Below, one piece after another: positions 31,982-41,222 of a stretch of 64,000 nucleotides of DNA (positions are counted from its first letter, which is position 1; the number at the start of each line of letters is the position of its first letter). The notes beneath the pieces were generated by a model. The model saw only the letters and a program-made list of their open reading frames with translations, was not told where the DNA came from and searched no databases. The DNA comes from Anaeromyxobacteraceae bacterium (GTDB taxonomy: Bacteria; Myxococcota; Myxococcia; Myxococcales; Anaeromyxobacteraceae). Location of the stretch: positions 768,001-832,000 of the forward strand of contig JASGHJ010000002.1 of NCBI GenBank assembly GCA_047602405.1. Direction: 5' to 3'. Position numbers and translations under genes: made by a program.

Positions 31982-32037
31982 GGGCGCCTGCTCGGAGGCC
32001 CTGAACGCCTGTCAGGGCTTCGGCTTAAAGTAGAAAG

Positions 32038-34034
32038 GTGGAAGTCGAACCCAAGCGGACCCGCGGTCCGAACAAGCAGGAGCCCTGGGCGCGCCGGCCC
32101 CAGGACGGCGTGTCGGTCCTGCGGCTCGCGCTCGACGTCCACGATCCCCAGCAGCGTCGGCGGCTCGAGCGGATGTTCGCGGACGCGTACCGGGTGCGGC
32201 GGGCGCTGCAGCGGGCGGCCCGGAACCGTACGCGGGCTTACTGGGCAGCGAAGCACGAACGAGGCCGGGACGCCGCGGGCACGCGCGACCGGCTCGGCCT
32301 GAGCCGGGGGGCGCTCGAGCACACCGCGTACGCTGTTCTCGACGCGGCACCTCACCTCCGGCGCTTCGTCACGAAGGCGCTCGCGATGCACCTCGCCGAC
32401 TCGGTCTGGTCGGCGGCGGAGCGGCACCTGTTCCCCGACGCGACCGGAAAGCGGCAGGGACTGCTCCACGTCGGACGGTGGTTCGACTTCGGGAGGCTGC
32501 CCGGCCGCGCGCGCTCTCACACGACGGCGCGGAAGTGGGAGACCTTCCGGCTGCACGGCTCGCTCGCGGGCCATCGCCTCGGAGCCCCCTCGGCTCCGGG
32601 CGGCCGCGTCGACTGGTGGGCGTACCAAGGTCCTTTGATGCTCGTGTTCAGCGGGCTCGCCGACGGCTCGCTGGTCCTCCCGGTGCGACTGCCCACGGCA
32701 CCGTGCAACCAGCCCATCCTCGACTACCACCTCGCCGACCCGAGCCTCTGGCACAAGGTCGACCTCGTCCGCACCCGGGCACCTCATGCGCCCGGAGGTT
32801 GGCGTTACGAAGCCCACCTGATGGTGCTGAAGGAGCCCTATGTCTCGCCGGCCACGAGGGTGCGCCGGGCGGAGGTCGCCGTCGCCGAGGCTGACCGCCT
32901 CGCAGGGATCGACGTCAACGTGTCGAACCTGACGATCGCCTCGCAGGTGGCGGGAGGCGACCTGCGCCTCACGCGGATCGCGCGCGACCTTGCCACGAAG
33001 GATGGAGACCGTGGCCGGCGGCGCCGCGAGCGCCGCAGGCAGCGGGCGCTGGACCGGTCCCGCCGCGCTGCCAACAGCGAGCAGTACCGGTTATCGAAGC
33101 GCCAAGAGAAGCGCGCCCGGCGACGCGCCGCCGCTGGCCTCACGCCCGTGAACGTCATTCCCCAGGGGCCGAGGATCGCAAGGTCAGACGGCGTGCCGCT
33201 CCAGGCCTACCGGCGCGACCAGCTCTCGCGCCGTCACCGGCGGCTTCGGGCCGAAGAGGTCGCCAGCGCGGCTGCCGGGGTGCAGGCCCGCCGCGACCGC
33301 GCCAGGCGCGTGGCTGCCCAGGTCGTCCAAACCCACGGCTACCGGATCTTCGCCGAGGAAGGCCACATCTCCGCGTGGGCGCGCCGCTGGGGCCGCGGCG
33401 TGGCCGCATTCACGCCGGGCCTGCTCGTCTCGGCCTCGACCGCGAGGCAAAGGCGGTGGCATGCGTCGCCCAGACCAAGGGAGGCGTCGTCCGGATCCCC
33501 ACCCGCACGACCGCGCTCTCCCAGCATTGCCCCTGCGGCACCCGCGTGCCGAAGACCCTCGCCGACCGGGTCCACCGCTGCCCGCACTGCGGCCTCGGGG
33601 GCGACCGCGACGCCGTCTCCGCGGTGCTCGCGAGCTTCGTCGTGCTCGACCTCTCCGGCGAACCCGACTCGGCGCGCGTCGACTACGCCGCCGCAAACGG
33701 CTCCCGCCCCGAAATCCAGCGCCTCCTCGCTCCTTACCTGCCTCTCGGGTGGCAAGACACCCGGTCCGAGTCAAACGACCTCTTCGCCCGCGAGGCCAGT
33801 TGCCCCGCGTGGCGGACGTCCACACCGGCCTCATCGCCGGTGGCTCGGCGAACCGCCGGCACGGCCGCGGGCCCAACCCGGAATGAGCCTTCCTCACGGG
33901 AGACCACGTCCGAGCGGGCCCGGTGGCGAACCGGTCTGCCCCACGACTCGTTGAGCAATTGTGGGACAGCTCTTAGGCCGGGCGGGCCCGCTCGATCAGC
34001 GACCGCACCTTCTCGAGCAGGTCGGCCCGCGTGA
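32038..34034 (+). CDS. tnpB: Large TnpB-like RuvC nuclease (single-base frameshift near 33435)
   Basis: RuvC-I AGIDVN, Arg-rich bridge helix, RuvC-II IFAEE; after the frameshift, SQHCPCG..RVHRCPHCG zinc finger and RuvC-III DRD. The true end is uncertain because the corrected frame runs through the TIR. Confidence 0.8.
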
Positions 34035-37000
34035 ACGGCTTCGGCAGGAACGCCCCGTCCTCGCCGCCCGGGCTCGCCTCGCCGGCGCGGTCGGGCGCGT
34101 AGCCGGACACGTACAGCACCGGGAGCCCCGGGTGCCGCCCGCGGAGCGCGCGGGCGAGCGCGCGGCCGTCCATGCCCGGCATGACCACGTCGGTCACGAG
34201 CAGGCGGAAGCGCGCGGTCTCCTCCGTGGAGAGCGCGAGCGCCTCCGCCGGGAGCGAGAGCGCGACGACCTCGTAACCCGCGCTCTGGAGCGAGCGGCGC
34301 ATCACGGAGCGCACGCCGGGATCGTCCTCGACGAGCAGCACCCGCTCCGTCCCGCGCGCGGCGCCGGCGGTCCCGGCGGGCGGGTGGACCGGCGCCGCCG
34401 CGCGGGCGCGCGGCAGGCAGACCTCGAACGTCGTGCCCTGGCCCTGCTCGCTGCGCACGTGCACGTGGCCGCCGGCCTGGCTCACGATGCCGTACACCAT
34501 CGCGAGCCCGAGGCCCGTGCCCTTGCCGACCTCCTTCGTCGTGAAGAAGGGCTCGAAGACGTGCGCCTGCACGTCGGCGCTCATCCCGGCGCCGGTGTCC
34601 TGCACCGTGAGCCGCACCCACTCCCCGGGGACCCGCTCGCGGTCCTCCGGCCGGACGTCCGGCGGGACGGTCAGGTTCTCGGTGCGCAGGACGAGCGTGC
34701 CGCCCGCGGGCATCGCGTCGCGCGCGTTCACCGCGAGGTTCACGACCACCTGCCCGAGCTGGCCCGGGTCCGCCGTGGTCGCCCAGAGGTCCGGGGGGCA
34801 CTCCACCCGGAGCTCGACGTCCTCGCCGAGGAGCCTGCGCAGCATCTTCTCGCTCGACCGGACGACCTCGCCGACGTCGAGCGGCACCGGGTTCACCGGC
34901 TGCTTGCGGGCGAAGGCGAGGAGCTGCCCGGTGAGGTCGGCGGCGCGCTTCGCGGCGGTCGCGATCTCGCGCAGCTCGCCGGTGGGGCCCGGGCCCGCCG
35001 CGGCCACCGCCTCCTCCAGCGAGGAGGCGCACCCGAGGATGACGGTGAGGAGGTTGTTGAAGTCGTGGGCGACCCCGCCCGCGAGGCGCCCCATGCTCTC
35101 GAGCTTCTGCGCCTGCCGGTACTGCTCCTCGAGCTGCCGCTCGGCGGTGAGGTCCTGCCAGATGGCGAGGAAGCGGCGCTGCCCGCCGACCACGACCGGC
35201 CGGCTCGTGACGAGCACGGTGCGGGGCTCGCCGGCCTTCGTGAGGTGGACCGTCTCGAACTGCTCGAAGCCGGCCTGGTCGATCCGCCGGAGGTGGGCGG
35301 CGACGTCCTCCGGCACCGGCTCCCGCGGGTTGAAGTCGCTGACCCGCATGCGGGCGAACTCCTCGCGGGAGTAGCCCAGCGTCTGGCAGGCCTTGTCGTT
35401 GAACGTCACGATCCGGCCGGCCTCGTCGAGCAGGATCACGCCGCTCGGGGCGAGCCGGAAGAGCGAGCCATACAGCTCCGCGCTCTCCTCGAGGGCGGCC
35501 TGCGCCTTCACCCGCGCGGTGGCGTCGCGCGAGACGCCGACCACCTCGACGGGCCGCCCCGCCTCGTCCCGCACGACCGTGGTCGTGATCTCGACGTGCT
35601 TCGTCGTGCCGTCCTTGCAGGGCTGCTCGTAGATGCCGGTGAGGGGGCCGAGCTCCTGCGGCGTCCCGATGGTCGCCATGGCGGCCTGCACCCGCGCGAG
35701 CGACGCGGGCGTGAGGCTCTGCTCGATCCGCTCGGCGAGGGCCTCCTCCACCGTGAGGCCCCGCAGCGTCCGGATCGACGGGCTGATGTAGCCGTAGCGC
35801 CCCGTCGAGAGGTCGAGGGTCCAGATGACGTCGTTCGCGTGATCGGCGAGGAGCCGGTAGCGGCGCTCGCTCTCCTCGAGCGCCCGCGCCGCGCGCCGCT
35901 CCTCGGTCTGATCGCGGAAGACGAGCACGACGCCGATGGTGCGGCCGTGCGCGTCGCGGATGGGCGCGCCGCTGTCGGCGATCGGGATGATCCGCCCGTC
36001 GCGCGCGACGAGCGACGTGTGGTTCGTGAGCCCCACGACCGCGCCCTCGCGCAGGACGCGCTCGACCGGGCTCTCCACCGGCGAGCCGGTCCGCTCGGAG
36101 ACGATCCGGAAGACGTCCTGGAGCGGGCGCCCCAGCGCCTCGCGGGCGGTCCAGCCCGTCAGGCGCTCGGCCACGCCGTTGAACACGGTGACCCTGGCCT
36201 CGCGGTCGGTGGCGATGACCGCGTCGCCGATGCTCTCCAGCGTGACGGCGAGCCGCTCGCGCTCGGCGGCGAGGCGCTCCTCGGCCTCCACGCGCGCGGT
36301 GACGAGCTCGCTGAAGAGGATGAGCCCGCCGACCTCGCCCCGGGCGTCGCGCCACGGGCAGATCTCCCACTTCACCCAGTCGGTCCGGCCGTCGGCCCGG
36401 GGGAAGGGGTCCTCCTCGTTGGCCTCGGTCGCGCCGGCGAGGCACCGCCGGTGGACGTCGCGCCAGCGCTCGGGGATCTCCGGGAAGAGCGCGTAGTGGG
36501 AGCGGCCGAGGACCTCGACGTCGCCGAGGCGGTAGTCGGCGAGGTAGCGCCGGCTGGCCGCGAGGTAGCGCATCTCCCGGTCGAACATCGCGATCGCCGC
36601 CGGGGCGTGCTCGATGAGGAGGCGGAGCCGCTCCTCGCTCGCGCGGAGCTGGTCCTCGGTGCGCCGCTGCGCCGAGAGGTCGCGGACGACGGCCACCAGC
36701 ACCCGCTCGGCGCCGGCGGTGGTGCCGATGGAGCTCACCTCGACCGGGAAGATCGAGCCGTCCTTGCGCCGGTGGAGGGTCTCGAACCGGACGCCCGTCC
36801 CGGCGGCCGCGAGATCGCGCTCGACCGACGAGACGCGGCCCGGGGCGCGGAGGTCGCGCACGGTGCGCTGGCAGAGCTCCTCGATCGTGTACCCGTAAGC
36901 CTCGGACGCCGCGCGGTTGGCGCCGAGGATCCGGCCGTCGTCGGCCCGGACGAAGGCGATGGCCTCCTGCGCCTGGGCGGCGAGGAGCTCGTAGCGGGCC

Positions 37001-37134
37001 CAGGAGACCTCCGCTCCGGCGCCCGCGCCCTGGGCCGGGGACTTCGAGGGCGCGCGCGCGAGGCGGCGCGCGGCCACCCACCCGACGAATGCGCCGAGGC
37101 CCGCGACGAGGGCGTAGCCGATCAGGTGGCCCAC
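33973..37134 (-). CDS. Multi-PAS hybrid histidine kinase/response regulator
   Basis: About 5 PAS domains; LAGGVAHDFNNLL, FFTTK..GKGTGLGL; C-terminal receiver. Confidence 0.92.
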   Translation of the reverse strand: MGHLIGYALVAGLGAFVGWVAARRLARAPSKSPAQGAGAGAEVSWARYELLAAQAQEAIAFVRADDGRILGANRAASEAYGYTIEELCQRTVRDLRAPGRVSSVERDLAAAGTGVRFETLHRRKDGSIFPVEVSSIGTTAGAERVLVAVVRDLSAQRRTEDQLRASEERLRLLIEHAPAAIAMFDREMRYLAASRRYLADYRLGDVEVLGRSHYALFPEIPERWRDVHRRCLAGATEANEEDPFPRADGRTDWVKWEICPWRDARGEVGGLILFSELVTARVEAEERLAAERERLAVTLESIGDAVIATDREARVTVFNGVAERLTGWTAREALGRPLQDVFRIVSERTGSPVESPVERVLREGAVVGLTNHTSLVARDGRIIPIADSGAPIRDAHGRTIGVVLVFRDQTEERRAARALEESERRYRLLADHANDVIWTLDLSTGRYGYISPSIRTLRGLTVEEALAERIEQSLTPASLARVQAAMATIGTPQELGPLTGIYEQPCKDGTTKHVEITTTVVRDEAGRPVEVVGVSRDATARVKAQAALEESAELYGSLFRLAPSGVILLDEAGRIVTFNDKACQTLGYSREEFARMRVSDFNPREPVPEDVAAHLRRIDQAGFEQFETVHLTKAGEPRTVLVTSRPVVVGGQRRFLAIWQDLTAERQLEEQYRQAQKLESMGRLAGGVAHDFNNLLTVILGCASSLEEAVAAAGPGPTGELREIATAAKRAADLTGQLLAFARKQPVNPVPLDVGEVVRSSEKMLRRLLGEDVELRVECPPDLWATTADPGQLGQVVVNLAVNARDAMPAGGTLVLRTENLTVPPDVRPEDRERVPGEWVRLTVQDTGAGMSADVQAHVFEPFFTTKEVGKGTGLGLAMVYGIVSQAGGHVHVRSEQGQGTTFEVCLPRARAAAPVHPPAGTAGAARGTERVLLVEDDPGVRSVMRRSLQSAGYEVVALSLPAEALALSTEETARFRLLVTDVVMPGMDGRALARALRGRHPGLPVLYVSGYAPDRAGEASPGGEDGAFLPKPFTRADLLEKVRSLIERARPA

Positions 37135-37312
37135 ATGGGTAGCCTATCCTCCGGGAGGCCTCCCGGGGATGAGCAACCGCTCGATCCGCTCGCGGGTTGA
37201 CCCACCGTCGACCGGGGCGAGGGCGGGCCCGGACGCTCGGTGCGTCATGACGTACCGATCGTGAAGGAGGGTCGGCCTCCCTGCCGCCGCGCCGCTCTGG
37301 TACGACCACCCC

Positions 37313-37762
37313 ATGCCCTCCGGACCCGTCGAGCAGTTCCTGTCGCTCTGGCACGAGGCGGTCGCGCGAAAGGACCTCGCCGTGCTCGCGCCCGCGGTGG
37401 CGGACGACGTCGTGCTCTCGTCGCCGGCGCTGCACCGGCCGAAGCAAGGGAAGGCCGAGGTCCTGGCGCTCCTCGGCGACGTGGCGGCGTCGCTCGAGGG
37501 CTACCGGGTGACGCGCACCTGGGTGGACGGGCTCGAGGTGCTGCTCGAGTTCGACGCGAAGGTCGGGGAGCGGTCGCTGCAGGGCGTGGACCGCATCACG
37601 CTCGACGCCACCGGGCGGCTGAAGCACCTCAAGGTCTTCATCCGGCCCTACCGCGGGCTCGTCGCCCTGATGACGGCCGTCGTGCGCCGCCAGGTGGATC
37701 GCCTCGAGGGCCCGGCGCGGTTCATCGCGCGGGCGCGGCTGCGGCTGCGCGGGGTGGGGTGA
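37313..37762 (+). CDS. SnoaL/NTF2-like protein
   Basis: ADDVVLSSP...GVDRITLD..G.......IRP. Confidence 0.75.
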   Translation: MPSGPVEQFLSLWHEAVARKDLAVLAPAVADDVVLSSPALHRPKQGKAEVLALLGDVAASLEGYRVTRTWVDGLEVLLEFDAKVGERSLQGVDRITLDATGRLKHLKVFIRPYRGLVALMTAVVRRQVDRLEGPARFIARARLRLRGVG

Positions 37763-37828
37763 GGCTCGTATGGGGCTCGACCGATGGGCACGGCCGGAGA
37801 TCGGGTCGAATGTGCGGAGGAAGAGCCC

Positions 37829-38437
37829 ATGCCGAAGATCGTGGTGAACGCGTTCCTGACCCTCGACGGCGTCATGCAGGCCCCCGGCGGCCCGGACGAG
37901 GACCGCGCGAGCGGCTTCGCGCACGGCGGCTGGATGGCGCCCTACGCCGACGACGGCCTCGTCGTGAAGGGCATCGGCGACGCCGACGGCTTCCTGCTCG
38001 GCCGCAAGACCTACGACATCTTCGCCAGCTACTGGCCGAAGATCACCGACCCGGAGCACCCGGTCGCGGTCCCGCTCAACGCGAAGCCGAAGTACGTCGT
38101 GTCACGCACGCTCGAGCGCGTCGACTGGAACGGTTCGAGCCTCGTGAAGGGCGACGTCGTGGCGGGCCTCCGCAAGCTCCGCGAGCTGCCGGGCCGGACG
38201 CTGCACACCTGGGGCAGCACCGAGCTCCTCCAGACGCTGCTCGCGCACGACCTCGTCGACGAGTTCCGGCTCTTCGTCTTCCCGGTGGTGCTCGGCACCG
38301 GCAAGCGCCTCTGGGCGAGCGGCACGGTGCCGGCGGCGCTCCGGCAGGTGAAGCAGGTCGCGCTCTCTAAGGGCGGCACGTACCTCCGTCTCGAGCGCGG
38401 CGGGAAGCCGACCTACGGCACGGTGGGGGCGGACTGA
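37829..38437 (+). CDS. Dihydrofolate reductase family (RibD C-terminal) protein
   Basis: TLDGVMQAPGGPDED, LLGRKTY and VVLGTGKRL motifs. Confidence 0.88.
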   Translation: MPKIVVNAFLTLDGVMQAPGGPDEDRASGFAHGGWMAPYADDGLVVKGIGDADGFLLGRKTYDIFASYWPKITDPEHPVAVPLNAKPKYVVSRTLERVDWNGSSLVKGDVVAGLRKLRELPGRTLHTWGSTELLQTLLAHDLVDEFRLFVFPVVLGTGKRLWASGTVPAALRQVKQVALSKGGTYLRLERGGKPTYGTVGAD

Positions 38438-38450
38438 AGAGGAGGACCGG

Positions 38451-38795
38451 ATGAAGCAGGATGAGGTGGTACCCGAGACCCGCGGCGTCACCTCGACGCT
38501 GCTCGCGACCGTCGACCTCGGCCCCGAGCTCGAGGGCATGGCGGGGCGCCAGCTGCGGATGCGCATGTTCACCTTCGCGCCCGGCGCCGTGTTCGGTCCG
38601 CTCCACGATCACAAGGGCCGGCCCGGGACCGTCTACGTCCTCGAGGGCACCATCACCGATCACCGCGACGGCGTCGCCACCGACTACGGCCCGGGCGTCG
38701 GCTGGCCCGAGGACTCGAGGACGCTCCACTGGCTCGAGAACCGGGGCACGGTCCCGGCGGTCGAGATCTCGGTGGACATCGTCAAGCAGGGGTAG
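38451..38795 (+). CDS. Cupin domain protein
   Basis: PGAVFGPLHDHKGRPGTVYVLEG...HWLENRG. Confidence 0.8.
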   Translation: MKQDEVVPETRGVTSTLLATVDLGPELEGMAGRQLRMRMFTFAPGAVFGPLHDHKGRPGTVYVLEGTITDHRDGVATDYGPGVGWPEDSRTLHWLENRGTVPAVEISVDIVKQG

Positions 38796-38804
38796 AAGGA
38801 GGTC

Positions 38805-39137
38805 ATGTACCTCCCCGCCCACTTCGCCGAGACCCGCCCCGAGGTGCTGCACGAGGCGCTCCGCTCCGCCGGCCTCTTCACGCTCGTGACCCGCGACGGC
38901 GAGGGCCTCGACGCGAGCCACCTCCCGATGCTGCTCGACGCCCCGGAGGGCGGGCCGGCGCGGCTCGTCGGCCACCTCGCGCGCGCGAACGGGCAGTGGA
39001 AGGTGGCCGGAGAGGCGACGCCCGCGCTCGCGATCGCACTCGGCCCGGACGCCTACGTGTCCCCCTCCTGGTACGCGACGAAGCGCGAGACCGGGAAGGT
39101 GGTCCCGACCTGGAACGGGCTGAAGCGCCGGGCGTAG
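38805..39137 (+). pseudogene. Truncated FMN-binding PaiB-like protein
   Basis: MYLPAHF, GHLARAN, GPDAYVSPSWY and VPTWN, then an abrupt stop at 110 aa, about half the usual length. Confidence 0.75.
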
Positions 39138-39234
39138 CACCGCGCGGACGATCCCCCCGGGACGCAGCCCGGAGCTAAGCCAGCCCTTCAAGGAACCTCC
39201 TGCAGGAGGGGCGGGCGCTCCTTACGCTCTCCGC

Positions 39235-39438
39235 GTGAGAAGCCTCGTCGGATACACCCTCCTCGCGGCCGGCGCCGCGCTCCTCGTCCTCCCGGGGCCT
39301 GGCATCCCGCTCGTCCTCGGCGGGCTCGCCCTCCTCGCGAAGGACCGCCCCTGGGCGCGGCGGGGGCTCGAGCGCGTGAAGCTCCACGTCGAGCGGGTCC
39401 GCGCGGGCATCCGCGAGCGCCGGGCGAGCGCGCGGTGA
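39235..39438 (+). CDS. PGPGW-domain small membrane protein
   Basis: LLVLPGPGIPLVLGGLALLA....WARR. Confidence 0.7.
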   Translation: MRSLVGYTLLAAGAALLVLPGPGIPLVLGGLALLAKDRPWARRGLERVKLHVERVRAGIRERRASAR

Positions 39439-39454
39439 GCCCGCCCGGTCGCAC

Positions 39455-40654
39455 TCAGCGCGAGCCGCCGAGCCGCGCCGCCGCGGCGGCCGCGGTCGCG
39501 CGGGCGAGGTGCTCCTCGTAGATCCTGAGCGCCGGGTCCTTCGCCTTCGCGCCGAGGTCGACGGCGTGCTGGTACTCGCGCACGGCGTCCTCGAGGTTCC
39601 CGGCGCGCTCGTGCGCCTCGCCGAGCGAGTCGTGGGCATTCGCCGAGGCCGGGTGGCGCTCGGCGTTCTTCTGCAGGGTGCGCACGGCGAGGTCGAGGTC
39701 GCCGCGGCGCAGCGCCTCGTAGCCGGCGAGGTTCAAGGCCTGCTCCGGCGGCGCGATCTCGTACCCGACGCGGCGCGAGAGCCCCCGGTAGTGCGCCTCC
39801 ACGGCCGCGAAGCCGCCGCGGGGCCCGACATCGCCCTGTGCGACCGGCATGCGCCAGCCCTCGAAGAGGGCCTCGAGCCCGGCGTGCAGGGCCGGGAAGA
39901 CCACCGAGCCGTGGTCCTCGCCGGGGAAGGTCCTGCTCGCGTACGTCACGCCCTTCCCGGCGCGCAGGACGCGCGCCAGGCGCTCGAGCCCGCGGGCGAG
40001 CTCGGGGCCCTCGTCGCCGCTCGACGCGAACACGGTCGCCTCGAGCTCGGGCCTGGCCTTCACGAGCGCCTCGAGCGCGTCGAGGACCATCCCCCGGTCC
40101 CACGGCACGGACGGGCTCACCGTGAGGTAGGCGCGGAAGAGCCCGGGCCGCGTCGCGAGCGCGTGGAGCGCGAAGAGGCCGCCGAAGGAGTGGCCGCCGA
40201 GGACGCGCAGCGGCGCCGTCCGGTAGGAGCGCTCCACCCAGGGCACGACCTCCTTCTCGAGGTGGTCGAGGAGCGCGCCCGCGCCGCCGCTCGTGGGGAA
40301 GTTCCCGTCCTTCCCGGTCACCTTCGAGGGCGTGAGCTCGTTCGTGCGGTCCTCGTGCACGACGCCCACGAGCAGGACCGCCGGCATCCGGCCGTGGCGC
40401 TCGAGGAACCGCACCGCCGCCGCGAGCGGGTCGAGGTTCGTGGGGCCGTCGGTGAAGTAGAGGACCGGGTACCGGAGCCCGGCGTCCTCGGCGTAGCCCG
40501 GGGGCGTGCGCACCACGACCTGCCGCTCGCCGCCGAAGACCGCCGATTTCAGGGTGACGAGCCGGATCTCCTCGTCGCCCGCTGCGGTGGCGGGCCGGGT
40601 CGCCGCGAGGGCGAGCGCGGCGGTGAGCGGAAGGGCGAGACGAACGAGGCGCAT
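39455..40654 (-). CDS. Alpha/beta hydrolase (IroE/Fes-like esterase) with C-terminal TPR
   Basis: Signal peptide, YPVLY..DG, GHSFGG and EDHGS motifs; TPR (ANAHDSLGEA). Confidence 0.85.
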   Translation of the reverse strand: MRLVRLALPLTAALALAATRPATAAGDEEIRLVTLKSAVFGGERQVVVRTPPGYAEDAGLRYPVLYFTDGPTNLDPLAAAVRFLERHGRMPAVLLVGVVHEDRTNELTPSKVTGKDGNFPTSGGAGALLDHLEKEVVPWVERSYRTAPLRVLGGHSFGGLFALHALATRPGLFRAYLTVSPSVPWDRGMVLDALEALVKARPELEATVFASSGDEGPELARGLERLARVLRAGKGVTYASRTFPGEDHGSVVFPALHAGLEALFEGWRMPVAQGDVGPRGGFAAVEAHYRGLSRRVGYEIAPPEQALNLAGYEALRRGDLDLAVRTLQKNAERHPASANAHDSLGEAHERAGNLEDAVREYQHAVDLGAKAKDPALRIYEEHLARATAAAAAARLGGSR

Positions 40655-40733
40655 CCGGGGCTCCTGGTCAGGGCTGCGGGTGCAGGAGGCGCGGTGAGGC
40701 CGGACGTGACGTCCGGGCGGCGTCCGCGCCGGC

Positions 40734-41114
40734 TCAGGCCTCCGCCACGACGGCGATGGAGATCTTGAGGCCCGGCACGCGCACCGGGAGCTTCGCGCCC
40801 TGGCGCGCGGGAGGATCGGTGGGGAACCACCGCCTCCACTCCTCGTTCATGCCTGCGAAGTCGTCCTCCTCGGCGAGGATCACGGTCGCGGAGACGACCT
40901 TCTCGAGCGAGCTGCCGGCGGCCTCGAGGATCGCGGCGACGTTCTTCAGGCACTGCCGCGTCTGGTCCTGGATCGTCGCGCCCACGAGGGCTCCGGTCGC
41001 CGGGTCGGCGGGAGCGGTCCCCGAGACGAACACGAGCCCGGCGGCCTTGACGGCCTGGCTGTAGGTCGGCGGCGGCGCGGCGGCGGCCTTCGTGAAGACG
41101 ATCTGGCGGGGCAT
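40734..41114 (-). CDS. RidA family protein
   Basis: YSQAVKA.GLVFVSG...AAGSSLEKVV...PPAR. Confidence 0.9.
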   Translation of the reverse strand: MPRQIVFTKAAAAPPPTYSQAVKAAGLVFVSGTAPADPATGALVGATIQDQTRQCLKNVAAILEAAGSSLEKVVSATVILAEEDDFAGMNEEWRRWFPTDPPARQGAKLPVRVPGLKISIAVVAEA

Positions 41115-41222
41115 GGCGCTCACCTAGCGCCCCACGCAGCGCTGCGCCCGCTCCCATTCGAGCCGGCCCCTTCAGCCGTCGGTCGAGGAGACGGGGCACG
41201 GCCTGCCGTGACGAACCCCTGA

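Larger units (their letters stand above)
29492..33973. mobile_element. TIR-bounded IS5-family element carrying a tnpB-like gene (with nested ISAs1)
   Basis: Perfect 15 bp TIRs AGAGCTGTCCCACAA (29492-29506) and TTGTGGGACAGCTCT (33959-33973), flanked by TA on each side (target CTAG). Confidence 0.88.

Noticed and set aside
32038..34034. Cas12 effector of a type V CRISPR system
   Set aside because: No repeat-spacer array or cas1/cas2 nearby; the gene lies inside IS TIRs.
39112..39190. Possible short inverted repeat (GAACGGGCTG / CAGCCCTTC) at the PaiB break
   Set aside because: Too short and imperfect to call a mobile element.
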